Source: Anaerolineales bacterium (GTDB taxonomy: Bacteria; Chloroflexota; Anaerolineae; Anaerolineales; DRMV01). From it: a stretch of DNA of 64,000 bases. A model generated the notes under the pieces. The model was not told the origin of the DNA and searched no databases. It saw only the letters and a program-made list of their open reading frames with translations. Shown here piece after piece: positions 51,001-58,981 of the stretch (position 1 is its first letter; the number at the start of each line of letters is the position of its first letter). The translations under genes and the position numbers were made by a program. Location of the stretch: the NCBI GenBank assembly GCA_026996855.1, contig JALWJZ010000103.1, positions 20,047 to 84,046 on the forward strand. Direction: 5' to 3'.

Positions 51001-51591
51001 AAACACGAAGTTCTTGCGCAACTTGGCCAGGCCCCGGAAAAGGATTTCGTTCTGTTCCGCGGCCAGGTCATCGGGTGTGGGATTGGGTAGAGAACCGTCT
51101 TCTCCGTACAACCCCCGCCGGGTCTCCCGCGGATCCGGGAAACCCAGCAGCACCAGGGGACGGCGTGCGGACATGATGAACCGAAGATACCACTCCAGGT
51201 ACTCCGTCTCCGGAGGCACCGTTCGAGACTGGGGGTAGTTTGCCAGGGTCGCCAACACCGCGGCCAGCTGTTCCCGGGCTCGAGCGATGGCTTCATCCTT
51301 CGTGTCCGCGGTGGCCGCGGCGCCGTAGAACTGCACGATGCCCACGTAACGAGGCCGAAACATGCCCATGGCGCTGTATACGAAGTTCACCCCCGCGTTG
51401 TACATGCCCCGGATGGCGGCCCACTGCTTTCCCAGAAGGTCGTAGTCTTCCTTGGCGGCGATGGGGATGGCGTGAAGCCGATGCAGGGCTACTGCCCTGT
51501 ACAACGTTCGTCCTTCGGGAGTGGCGATGTGGAACCACAGCGCGCCCACTTCACCGCCGTTGTCATGTACACCTGAAGCCAGAATACACAT
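48040..51591 (-). CDS. VirB4/HerA/FtsK-superfamily ATPase with long Ser/Thr/Gly/His-rich insertion (1183 aa)
   Basis: Walker A FAGDTGWGKS, VVLDFG, WNPL, Walker B IFFEEAN, RKYGVRLHVITQ; GAGGAGG RBS. Confidence 0.85.
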   Translation of the reverse strand: MCILASGVHDNGGEVGALWFHIATPEGRTLYRAVALHRLHAIPIAAKEDYDLLGKQWAAIRGMYNAGVNFVYSAMGMFRPRYVGIVQFYGAAATADTKDEAIARAREQLAAVLATLANYPQSRTVPPETEYLEWYLRFIMSARRPLVLLGFPDPRETRRGLYGEDGSLPNPTPDDLAAEQNEILFRGLAKLRKNFVFQTVAEALPRRYLSKTLVEVAQLASIVASRQRGALSIGFSLGVPIMAALGRTLSHSGMAGRAESVAHTDGVSRQWGQAHTEGYAHTEGVAHTTGGSVTVTHSSADTTGVAHGRAHTVSHSVGTFESTTHSTSVSHTEGTSGSVGHSAGGSSSWSIGGAHTTGTAKTHTSGTTQGITVGQSLTVGQSFTQSASVGGSAGYHAGGNVSLGVPGTLGAGVNGGWNANVSGEVGWSGTQSASRSASLSGSISTMQSDANTTSTSDTVSASVGGASTWGVTTTSGTFSSTTVTHGTAHTTGRSETWGTADTTSVTHSHAHTKGKSVSVSRFWSTTRSQSDTWSQADTKSEGWGLSHAESKGVSNAAGHAGGYGWVSGLSAGLVPGVSIGRSWQTEDDVAMRLTEILRGLEGILNQASAEGGFMTEALIWVDDEEAAAAVESLVPQAFHGPNVPTPVLTVHPEPQDVEPLRYHALAFLPWHGPAENDPFGGKLWTKYTTLLTAGQVAAYTAPALIEEGSTVTVMAPIPEGMGFYPDMPGDVVLGHQVSPTTHELTTAPVRLDQRRLFHTLFAGDTGWGKSVSAIRMAYETTLKWRTRTVVLDFGAGWRALLNAPGLEGHVDIRQLWPDAPRPLRWNPLQIGRNIDPETQWRAFADIFGSIARLGVRRQKQELLDALRQVYLRAGVLVDDPEIRTDPKWGRVQPDEADLVGVSAGTPLSDLTWEQKQAIAVHRSSKVGLADLYRQVQEKLTTVPPRDTMLQGVLEGILYRLNPLVQGAASRMFEPGPDVVPVEEMARPWGILIVEGGSFLDDFGKAFLLGWLGWHLYMDMMTRRVRHLAGPDEPLLQIFFEEANKIFGAASFEEAEEGISAAQRFGDMFRDARKYGVRLHVITQAPSLIPQDIISSCNNLCIAFLKNPRDKDIVLAALGFSEKGFRDEEWRRFLTDMPIGLQIGRFPYTFDRAYQRPVLFKPLMLDVPEPDDTEIAARLGRIRI

Positions 51592-51610
51592 TACTGTTTC
51601 CTCCTCTTTT

Positions 51611-51673
51611 GGCCAATAGGCCTTAACACCCCTTAAGCCCGGCCTATAGGCCCTGCAGGAAGGCCTATAGGCC
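51611..51673. promoter_or_regulatory. Array of three GGCCTATAGGCC-type palindromes upstream of the ATPase gene
   Basis: Copies at 51611 (1 mismatch), 51641 and 51662. Confidence 0.45.
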
Positions 51674-52219
51674 CTTTCCGCGCGTGCGCACCTGGGCGAT
51701 GAGGTCCTCCGGTGTTTGCGGCAACGGTGGATGGGCAAACAGGGCCTGGGCCAGCATAGCGAAGAAACCCACGGGGTATGCGTACAGAGCAATGGCGGCC
51801 AGGGCTTCCAGGTACGATGCCCCGCCAGCGAGCCAATCCTGTCCGGTGCGAGCCAGGACCGAGCGGTAGAGCATCACACCCAGGGCAATAAGTACGTACA
51901 GGGCCAGGCCCTGGGTGATGCGCCAGTACAGGGCCTGGGGGTTGAACCGTTCCAAACGCCAGGCCAGCCATCCCCCCAGGGCCATGGCCCCCATCATCAG
52001 GCCCACCACCGTAGGAGCAAACACGGCTGTAATCAACATGACGGCCAATACCCCGGCCATCCAGCGTCGCCGAAGCGTGTCCTGCTGTTGTAGCAACAAA
52101 GGTGCGGCCGCGGCCAGGAGCAACCACAGCCGCCAGGCCTCCAGCACCGCATACACCACAGCCAAAAAACCGTTGAGCACCCAAAGGCCGGGAAGCCACC
52201 AGGGATTTGGCATGGTCAT
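51665..52219 (-). CDS. Multi-pass membrane protein
   Basis: About five hydrophobic segments; ATGA overlap. Confidence 0.75.
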   Translation of the reverse strand: MTMPNPWWLPGLWVLNGFLAVVYAVLEAWRLWLLLAAAAPLLLQQQDTLRRRWMAGVLAVMLITAVFAPTVVGLMMGAMALGGWLAWRLERFNPQALYWRITQGLALYVLIALGVMLYRSVLARTGQDWLAGGASYLEALAAIALYAYPVGFFAMLAQALFAHPPLPQTPEDLIAQVRTRGKGL

Positions 52220-53127
52220 CCCTCACCATCCCACCAGACGAGAGGAGGCCCTAAGTAGCGTGGATGGAAAGACCAAGCCTGACCTCCCCCATCGAAACGT
52301 GGGTGCAGCACGGGAACTGGAGCACCTAAATGCTCCTGACCAGCGCACCCTGTACCCAAACAAGTGATGGGACCAGGAAAACCTCGACCGGGGTCCCATC
52401 CACGACCGGGGTCATGTCCGGACTCACAAGCCAGGCTTAGGCAGGTATCCACTGGTTCGGATGAGCCGCTTTGGGAACCCCCTCCCAAGGTGGTGTCCAA
52501 CAGCCACACCCGGACGTAGAACGTCCGAGTTTTACTCTGCCCGTCCCGCTGGCGGGTATGCACGCGAATTTCATACACGCCGGGGTCCACAGGGAGGAAA
52601 TGGGCGTGCATCTCCGCAGTCTCGCCCAGCACGTGGTGTTTCAAAGTCCAGGATGGTTCCGGGTTCTTGGGCTTTGCACCCGGATACCACTGCCCCAGGG
52701 TACCCGTAATCCAAGCGCGGCTGGGAGCAGTCAACCGGATGTATTCCACATCCAGCGACACGATGTCCGAGCGGTTTTCCCCGCGCCAGCACCCGTTGTT
52801 CTTGGCTCCGCCTCGCGCTTTGACCAGGATGGTCACCCCTTCCCGCTCGGCATCCTGCCCTACCACCACGGGATAAGGCGGTGCCACCCCTTCCAACCAC
52901 AACGCAGGTTCGTCATAAGTGGGGTCACATGGGGGCGGAGGCGGCGGGGAATCGTTATTTGTATTGTCGTCATCCTCGCACAGAAAAGCCCAAGGGCCAA
53001 CACAATCGCGAAAGTCTGTTATACCTGAATCAGGATTACCCGGCACACCTGGGTTGAAAACCGGAGGCATGACGCTGGCCATGGAGACCAAGCCCAACAG
53101 AGTTAGCACCACCAACCATCGCTTCAT
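52216..53127 (-). CDS. Secreted Cys/Pro-rich protein (possible adhesin)
   Basis: Signal peptide MKRWLVV..., paired Cys, beta-rich core, DPGRG repeats; GGGAGGT RBS. Confidence 0.65.
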   Translation of the reverse strand: MKRWLVVLTLLGLVSMASVMPPVFNPGVPGNPDSGITDFRDCVGPWAFLCEDDDNTNNDSPPPPPPCDPTYDEPALWLEGVAPPYPVVVGQDAEREGVTILVKARGGAKNNGCWRGENRSDIVSLDVEYIRLTAPSRAWITGTLGQWYPGAKPKNPEPSWTLKHHVLGETAEMHAHFLPVDPGVYEIRVHTRQRDGQSKTRTFYVRVWLLDTTLGGGSQSGSSEPVDTCLSLACESGHDPGRGWDPGRGFPGPITCLGTGCAGQEHLGAPVPVLHPRFDGGGQAWSFHPRYLGPPLVWWDGEG

Positions 53128-53151
53128 GAGCAACCTCCCATTTTTGGGAAT

Positions 53152-53228
53152 AAAAAAGGCGCACGAACCCTCTCATGGGTTCGTACGCCAATCACTTCGC
53201 ATTATAGAGCGCCCCTTTGGGGCGTCAA
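53152..53228 (-). promoter_or_regulatory. Sigma70-type promoter plus leader terminator at the head of the transfer-like operon
   Basis: TTGACG-16-TATAAT, 13-bp stem with one G-U pair, T6; homologous to 41521-41591. Confidence 0.75.
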
Positions 53229-53346
53229 GGGGCGGGGCCAAGTTTGGCCCCGCTCAAAAGGCGCTCTCCCATTCCTTTGCGGGCCTGTTCGGCCCGCCCC
53301 CTGAGCCAAGGCCCTTTTGGGCCGCAGGCGTGGGGGGCGAGGCCGG

Positions 53347-53691
53347 TTAGGCCCGCCCATCGCCCGCAGGCCGGTAGGCCGAGGACGACAAAGGCACGGG
53401 CTCCCCAAAGAAACTGACATGACGCACCGCTACATAGGTGCTGGGATTTTCCCCCTGCCATAGGGTAACCAGCCTGCCATAGAGCACTACCTGAATCCGA
53501 CATGGGCCATAGGCTTCAAAATAGGCTCGTGCCAATTCCGCACCCCGTCCCATCAGCACCACAGGATGCCGCCCACCCAGATAAGGTTTGCCCGTATCCA
53601 CATGGGTGCGGAGCGCCAGGCGTCCGTCCACCCTCTCGAAAACATTGCGAATCTCAAGCCAGCCTTGCAGCACCACCACGTTGTTGCTCAT
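53347..53691 (-). CDS. Second SSB-like OB-fold protein
   Basis: NNVVVLQGWL...HPVVLMG..AE...VVLYGRL...VAVRHVSF pattern. Confidence 0.55.
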   Translation of the reverse strand: MSNNVVVLQGWLEIRNVFERVDGRLALRTHVDTGKPYLGGRHPVVLMGRGAELARAYFEAYGPCRIQVVLYGRLVTLWQGENPSTYVAVRHVSFFGEPVPLSSSAYRPAGDGRA

Positions 53692-54581
53692 AGCGCCACC
53701 TCTTCCACGGCCCGGGCCAGGTCCTGGGCCGAGGGTTCCACGTACCGCCGGGTCGTGTCCAGGCTCTTGTGGCCCAGGATACGAGCCACTTTTTCCAGCG
53801 AAACCCCGGCATCCACCAGGGACTTGGCAAATGTGTGCCGAAGCACGTGAGGGGTGGCTTCTACACCCGCTTCCCGAGCCACGCGAGCCACGGCCCGTTG
53901 AACCGTGCGCACGGTCAGACCATCCCGGACCGCCCATACTTGATCGCCTTCGATGTCAGCATCACGTCGGGTTGTCTTCCATCGGCGTAACGCATCCCGC
54001 GCGGCTTTGTTCAGGGGCACCACCCGCTGCTTGTCCCCTTTGCCCCGTACCAACAGGTGACCCTTGCGCTCGCCGAGCACGACGTCGGACCACCGCAGGC
54101 GAACCACTTCGCCAGCGCGCAAGCCCGTGTTCAGCAGGAACAGGGTGAGCAGGGCGTCCCGCTCGTACACCACCCACCGAACCGGATACCGCAGCCGGGC
54201 CACTTGCAAAATCCGCTCCGCAGCCCGCCGCAGGGCATACCGCTCTCGCTTGTCCAGCCATCGAAGGCCGGGCGGTTGCTCCCGGAGCCCAGGTACCCGT
54301 CGCGCGGGGTTTTCGGAAATCCGACCCTGATGCCTGGCCCAGTCCAGCCAGGCACGTACCGCGGCCAGACGACGGTTCACCGTCGCTGCCCGCAGACCTC
54401 GACGCTGAAGCCAATTGCGATATTCCCGCACATCGGACGGTGTGACCCTCTCAGGTTCCAGAGTCTCACCGTTGGTATGCTCGAACCAAACGGCAAACTG
54501 CTGCAAGTCCCGCACGTAGCCTCCCACAGTCACCGGACTGGCCTGGGCGCTGAGATGCCGGGCAAAGTCTTCAAAAGCCAT
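53688..54581 (-). CDS. XerC/D-like tyrosine recombinase
   Basis: N-terminal SAM-like domain, NTGLRAGE, GKGDKQR, HVLRHTFA, LGH, TRRY. Confidence 0.93.
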   Translation of the reverse strand: MAFEDFARHLSAQASPVTVGGYVRDLQQFAVWFEHTNGETLEPERVTPSDVREYRNWLQRRGLRAATVNRRLAAVRAWLDWARHQGRISENPARRVPGLREQPPGLRWLDKRERYALRRAAERILQVARLRYPVRWVVYERDALLTLFLLNTGLRAGEVVRLRWSDVVLGERKGHLLVRGKGDKQRVVPLNKAARDALRRWKTTRRDADIEGDQVWAVRDGLTVRTVQRAVARVAREAGVEATPHVLRHTFAKSLVDAGVSLEKVARILGHKSLDTTRRYVEPSAQDLARAVEEVAL

Positions 54582-54608
54582 GGCATCGCCTCCCCGATTG
54601 TGGTAAAA

Positions 54609-55643
54609 TCATTGCACGTAAAGCGCCGCATACGGCGATTCTGTGTACTTACGCTCACGCAGGGCTTGCGAGGCCGTCCATGCCTCGCTTTCGTCAGGCA
54701 CCAGCCCCTGGGCCACCAGGGGCTGAAGTTTTTCGCCCAATACCCCCCACCAGCGCACCAGGTCATAGTGCTCATCCTTCGCCCGCACTTTCCCACGGGC
54801 CAGGTTCACCGCTGCGGCCACTGCGGGCTTTGCCAACTGACCCTCTTGCGCTTCCCGGAAGCACCGCGTGAACTCGGCCAGCACGTCCAGGCCCGTGACG
54901 CGGCCCTCGGTCAGGGCTTGCAGCACGGGTTCCCGAAGTTTTCGACTCGGAACCCCAGCCGCCCGGAGAAACGCGTCCCAGGCTTTGCGCTCGGCTTTGC
55001 CAGGAGGCTTTTCCAGGCGAGAAAAATCAAACTCAAAATCCTGTGTGTCTCCCCCTCCGTCGCCGAAGGCGGCGAAGCCGCCGAAGGCGACCTCCCTCTC
55101 CCTCTCCCCCACACCCCCTCTCCCTCTGGTCTGGTCTATATCTGTATCTGGTCTTAATCTGTTCTTCTTCTTATTCTTAAGGCGTGACACTTCTGGGACA
55201 CCCCTGTGACCATTGCGTGACGCCAGCGTGACATTAGCGTGACTATCGCGTGACTTTGGCGTGACATTACCGTGACTTTCAACTTCTTCGTCTTCTCCCT
55301 TCTCCTCTTCCCGTTCACGCTCGCGCTGACGCCGCTTGCGTTCGGCCACCTGGGCGCGAGTCACGCGCGCCTGTTCATCCTCATACCGAGCCACCAAAAT
55401 GCCCTCCTCCCCCACTTCCACAATGCCCGCCTGTACCAGGGTGTTCAAATGTGATTCAAATTCGTTTTGGGGAAGGCGCAGCATCCAGGCTACTTGCTCT
55501 CGCGTGCCTGGTATGAGTCCCCCTTGCTCATACCGAGCCGCCAGGGCGTAAAGTTTGAAATAAACAGCCTGAACCTCCAACGGCAACATCCCCAGTTGGG
55601 GGTCGTCCAGGGCCGAATCAACGTGCATTTTGAACCATTTCAT
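54609..55643 (-). CDS. Replication initiator (phage replisome-organizer-like N-terminus)
   Basis: MKWFKM..DP..LP..YFKLYALA wHTH start, ERKRRQRER linker, internal iterons. Confidence 0.75.
   Translation of the reverse strand: MKWFKMHVDSALDDPQLGMLPLEVQAVYFKLYALAARYEQGGLIPGTREQVAWMLRLPQNEFESHLNTLVQAGIVEVGEEGILVARYEDEQARVTRAQVAERKRRQREREREEEKGEDEEVESHGNVTPKSRDSHANVTLASRNGHRGVPEVSRLKNKKKNRLRPDTDIDQTRGRGGVGEREREVAFGGFAAFGDGGGDTQDFEFDFSRLEKPPGKAERKAWDAFLRAAGVPSRKLREPVLQALTEGRVTGLDVLAEFTRCFREAQEGQLAKPAVAAAVNLARGKVRAKDEHYDLVRWWGVLGEKLQPLVAQGLVPDESEAWTASQALRERKYTESPYAALYVQ
55184..55276. repeat. Iteron array, candidate origin of replication inside rep
   Basis: GTGAC at 55184, 55206, 55217, 55228, 55239, 55250, 55261, 55272 and GGGAC at 55195 (11-bp phase), next to an AT-rich tract at ~55136-55180. 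Confidence 0.8.
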
Positions 55644-55776
55644 GATTTCCTCCTAACAGTATGATGATTTCCTCAGCGGCCCTCTGAGCGACGGTTTTCC
55701 CAAAAAGTCCTGTGATACCTGGAGCGTTTTTTCCTTCGCTCAGAGGCTTTCCTGTGAGTTTGTCCTATGCGGCAGG

Positions 55777-55838
55777 CTAAGCGTCCACTAAGCGGCGGCT
55801 AAGCGTCCACTAAGCGGTGCCGCTTAGGTGCCGCTTAG
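55777..55838. repeat. Centromere/operator-like array
   Basis: CTAAGCG at 55777, 55788, 55799, 55810 and inverted CGCTTAG at 55821, 55832; 11-bp phase. Confidence 0.75.
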
Positions 55839-56498
55839 GTTGGAAGAAGAACCTCCGATTTTCCAGGAATTGCTCAAGTTCACCTCCACCTGGGTTTCCT
55901 GAGTGATGGCCACAACCCGTGGCCGCAGGGTCCAAATACCTTTGCGAACTCGTTCCAAGGCCTCCTCCAGCAACGTCACGACCACTTCGCCTATGCGAGC
56001 GTTGCCTGCCAACGTGACAATCCGTTGGTGCATCTCCTTCGACCACCGATAGGCCAGAACCAACGTGATTTTTCGACTCCGCCCTTTAGGCCTGGGAATG
56101 TCTCGCTTCCATCCCGGTTCGCGAACGACTTCCACGGTCATCCTGCGTGCCTTCGGGTTGGAATTGGGCTGTACCTGCAGCTCAATCTCGCCATCCCGAA
56201 CGGCATCCAAAGCGGCCGACATCAAAGCCTCTGCCACCTGGTCCGTAGTGGTCATGTAAGCCTCTGCCAGGCCACGAATGGACTCCCGAACGGCCTTTGC
56301 GCGGGTCACCAGGTCCTGACCTGAAACCCAGTACGTGTAGGACTTGTGCCGCCGCTCCCACTCCCGCCGTCGCTTCTTGGGCTTCGCCCGCGGAATCAGG
56401 TCCAGGGGCGAGGGCGGGGTGCCCGGAGCATCCGCCGACGGCGAATGGCGGTCGGCAGACGGCAATGTCAGGTTCTCGAAGGGGTCACGTCGCGGCAT
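55824..56498 (-). CDS. Putative tandem ribbon-helix-helix protein (candidate partition adaptor)
   Basis: Disordered N-tail, two internally similar beta-alpha-alpha blocks ending AL..VR.G; downstream of parA. Confidence 0.55.
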   Translation of the reverse strand: MPRRDPFENLTLPSADRHSPSADAPGTPPSPLDLIPRAKPKKRRREWERRHKSYTYWVSGQDLVTRAKAVRESIRGLAEAYMTTTDQVAEALMSAALDAVRDGEIELQVQPNSNPKARRMTVEVVREPGWKRDIPRPKGRSRKITLVLAYRWSKEMHQRIVTLAGNARIGEVVVTLLEEALERVRKGIWTLRPRVVAITQETQVEVNLSNSWKIGGSSSNLSGT

Positions 56499-56763
56499 GG
56501 CTTTCCTCCCAGGGTGGGGTGACTTCGCCCTGGTAGATGGGGCAGTCCACGGGAACGCCGCCCAGATACCCATCATCCAGGGCATCGTCCGAAGCGATTT
56601 CCGCTTCCCACTCGTCACGGGTGGCCATGCATACAGGGCGAGGTTCCAACCCTGCTTCTTCCAGGTCTCCGGCCAAGGCTTCTACTTCCCAGAAGTGTCC
56701 CTGGGCATCCCGAACCAGGTAAGCCCGGAAAGCGCATTCCAAACCACATTCCAGCACCTTCAT
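56485..56763 (-). CDS. Hypothetical acidic protein
   Basis: GGGAGGT RBS; 92 aa with four Cys. Confidence 0.6.
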   Translation of the reverse strand: MKVLECGLECAFRAYLVRDAQGHFWEVEALAGDLEEAGLEPRPVCMATRDEWEAEIASDDALDDGYLGGVPVDCPIYQGEVTPPWEESHAAT

Positions 56764-56783
56764 GGCTACCTCCCGTCACAACG

Positions 56784-57617
56784 TCACAAGTGCTTCATCA
56801 CAGCATCCACCAGGGCTTGGTACTCCCGCGCGGCCCGGTGGGTGGGGGCATACTCGAAGACCGTTTTTCCCTCCGCCGCGCACTCCCGCAGCACGGTGCT
56901 CCGGTGAATGGGCGGGAGCACCGCGTCCCCGAAGTGCTGGCGCAGCAGGCTCAGGTTGTGCCGACTCTCCCGGGTGCGTTCGTCGTAGAAGGTGGGCAGC
57001 ACCCCCAGCAGGCGGCCCGACCATCCTCTTTCCGACAGCGAAGCCAGGGCGGCCACCATCTTGCTCACGCCGTCCAGGGCCAGGAAGTCCACGGCCGCGG
57101 GGATGACGACCAGGTCAGCAGCGAACACGGCCCGTTCCTGAATGCCGCCCACCGAGGGCGCGGTGTCCAGGACCAGCACGTCGTATCGGGCCACTTCGTA
57201 GTGAGTGAGCGTTTCGCAGCTATAGCTGACATCCCCGCTGACGTACACCTCGCTTCTGCTTGAATGGCTTGACACGAAGGCCGTTTTCAACGCCCGGACA
57301 ATGGCATCCAGGGGGCGGTTCTCCGCGGACAGCACGATCTGGGCCGTGCTGGTGGTGGGGTCGCCGGGGAGGACGTCCAGGTTCTCTCGACCGGTCATGC
57401 GCACCCATTGCACCGCCAGGGCCGGATCGGGCAGGGTGAGCAAGTAGAACGCGCCCGGCTCAGGCCGCATCCCTAAAGACACGGCCACATGACCCTGGGG
57501 GTCGAAGTCCACCAGCAGTACCTTCAAGCCTTTCATTGCCAGGCCGTGGGCAAGATGCACCGCGGTGGTGGTCTTGCCCACACCGCCTTTTTGGTTGGCG
57601 ACCGTAACGACGTTCAT
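56784..57617 (-). CDS. parA: ParA/Soj family ATPase
   Basis: VANQKGGVGKTT, VDFDPQG, LDTAPS. Confidence 0.92.
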   Translation of the reverse strand: MNVVTVANQKGGVGKTTTAVHLAHGLAMKGLKVLLVDFDPQGHVAVSLGMRPEPGAFYLLTLPDPALAVQWVRMTGRENLDVLPGDPTTSTAQIVLSAENRPLDAIVRALKTAFVSSHSSRSEVYVSGDVSYSCETLTHYEVARYDVLVLDTAPSVGGIQERAVFAADLVVIPAAVDFLALDGVSKMVAALASLSERGWSGRLLGVLPTFYDERTRESRHNLSLLRQHFGDAVLPPIHRSTVLRECAAEGKTVFEYAPTHRAAREYQALVDAVMKHL

Positions 57618-57907
57618 GCCAATCCTCTCCTTTTCGCCCAGGATGGTGGGGGAACGATGGGCAGCCACAACTGCCCCGGAATGTAGCGGGCTTGCAGGCT
57701 CAGATGACATTTTTGGCAAAGGGCCACCAGGTTCTCGAAGGTGCAGTTGGAAGGATTGCCGTCCAGGTGGTGGACGGTCAGGGTATGGCCGCTCTGTGGG
57801 TCGTGAGGATGGCCACAATGCTCACAGCGCCATCCCGCCCGCTCTTTGACACGGGCGGCGATGGTTTCCCAGTCTTCCGGATACCGCGAGCGTGTCCAAG
57901 GCATCAT
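57614..57907 (-). CDS. HNH endonuclease-like protein
   Basis: YPEDW..RAGWRCEHCG..LTVHHLD.N..N...NL.ALCQKCH. Confidence 0.85.
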   Translation of the reverse strand: MMPWTRSRYPEDWETIAARVKERAGWRCEHCGHPHDPQSGHTLTVHHLDGNPSNCTFENLVALCQKCHLSLQARYIPGQLWLPIVPPPSWAKRRGLA

Positions 57908-58122
57908 TTGCGCTCCCAAAGCTTGGGAATCCCACTCAAATACGGACACTCTTCCGGGACCTGACTCGCGTCCCAGGTTTTTTCATCTGCGCCGCACACC
58001 GACACCCCGGGCGGGGTGGGGGAAAACTCGTATTTCCAATCCCGTTTCCAATCCCGCACCTGCAAATAGCGCCGAAAAGGGCACTCCAAATCGCAAAGCA
58101 TGAACACGCGAGGCAGGCTCAT
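57904..58122 (-). CDS. Small Cys-containing hypothetical protein
   Basis: 72 aa, four Cys, ATGA overlaps, GGAGGT RBS. Confidence 0.55.
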   Translation of the reverse strand: MSLPRVFMLCDLECPFRRYLQVRDWKRDWKYEFSPTPPGVSVCGADEKTWDASQVPEECPYLSGIPKLWERK

Positions 58123-58469
58123 TTCTTCACCTCCTCTTCTGTGGCTTCGGTCGCGTCCAGGGCCTGCCGGCGCACTTCCTCCAACAAGGCCTGGGGAATG
58201 GTGAGCGGTGCGTCCCCCCGTTTTCGGCGTTCTTCGTTGAGGCGCTGGTACAAACGGAGGCGCGCTTCGGGGGAAAGGCGCAATTCGCTTTCCAGGACCT
58301 GGAGTTGCTCGCGTAGCCGCTGAATGTTCTCCAGCAGCACCTGGCACGCATGGCAGGATGCCAGATGTCGTTGCACCTCTTCCACGTCCGGCTTGGGCAG
58401 GGTCCCTTCCACATAGGCCATCAAACGGTCCAACCAGCGTTCCAGATGTTCTCGGGTCTCTCGGGTCAT
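58119..58469 (-). CDS. zf-HC2 (ZAS anti-sigma-like) protein
   Basis: LMAYVEGTL...VQRHLASCHAC (HxxxCxxC); no TM segment. Confidence 0.8.
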   Translation of the reverse strand: MTRETREHLERWLDRLMAYVEGTLPKPDVEEVQRHLASCHACQVLLENIQRLREQLQVLESELRLSPEARLRLYQRLNEERRKRGDAPLTIPQALLEEVRRQALDATEATEEEVKK

Positions 58470-58483
58470 GGCATCCTCCCTCC

Positions 58484-58981
58484 CTACGGCATCGGCGTGG
58501 CCGTGGCGGGCCACTTCGGTGGCAGGTCCAGGGTGGGCACCCAGCCCGGAGTGGGTGGCGTCTCCGGAGACACCGGGCACAGGTACCGTAGGTTCACCCA
58601 ACCCTCGGTGGGCATATGAATCCACACCCAATGTCCCCCGTCGTGAGTCACCGTCTCCGTGGGGGAGACAAAGACCACTTCCCTCTCACGCAAAAAATCC
58701 TGCACCCAGCACTCGGTGCCAGGGCAGGAACGCACGTTCAACATCCCCAGTTCCCAGCCCGTGCACACCTGCATGACGGACCCGGCCTGGGGCGAAATTC
58801 CCGTGTTAACCGCGGTTGCAATGGAACCCGTCGGCGCGGGAGGAGGGGAGGGGGCGGCGACCCCCGAAGAGGCCGCCGCCGTAGGGAGGTGGGGCGATGG
58901 TGTCTCGATTGTAGCCGTAGGGGAAGGCGTGGAGAAGACGGGTGCCAACTGCTGCCAGTTGCAGGCCAAAAGCAGCGCCAT
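58484..58981 (-). CDS. Putative lipoprotein with SH3-like domain
   Basis: LLAC lipobox, P/T linker, LNVRSCPG...WV...GWVN..YL; start uncertain (frame open to 59179). Confidence 0.7.
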   Translation of the reverse strand: MALLLACNWQQLAPVFSTPSPTATIETPSPHLPTAAASSGVAAPSPPPAPTGSIATAVNTGISPQAGSVMQVCTGWELGMLNVRSCPGTECWVQDFLREREVVFVSPTETVTHDGGHWVWIHMPTEGWVNLRYLCPVSPETPPTPGWVPTLDLPPKWPATATPMP

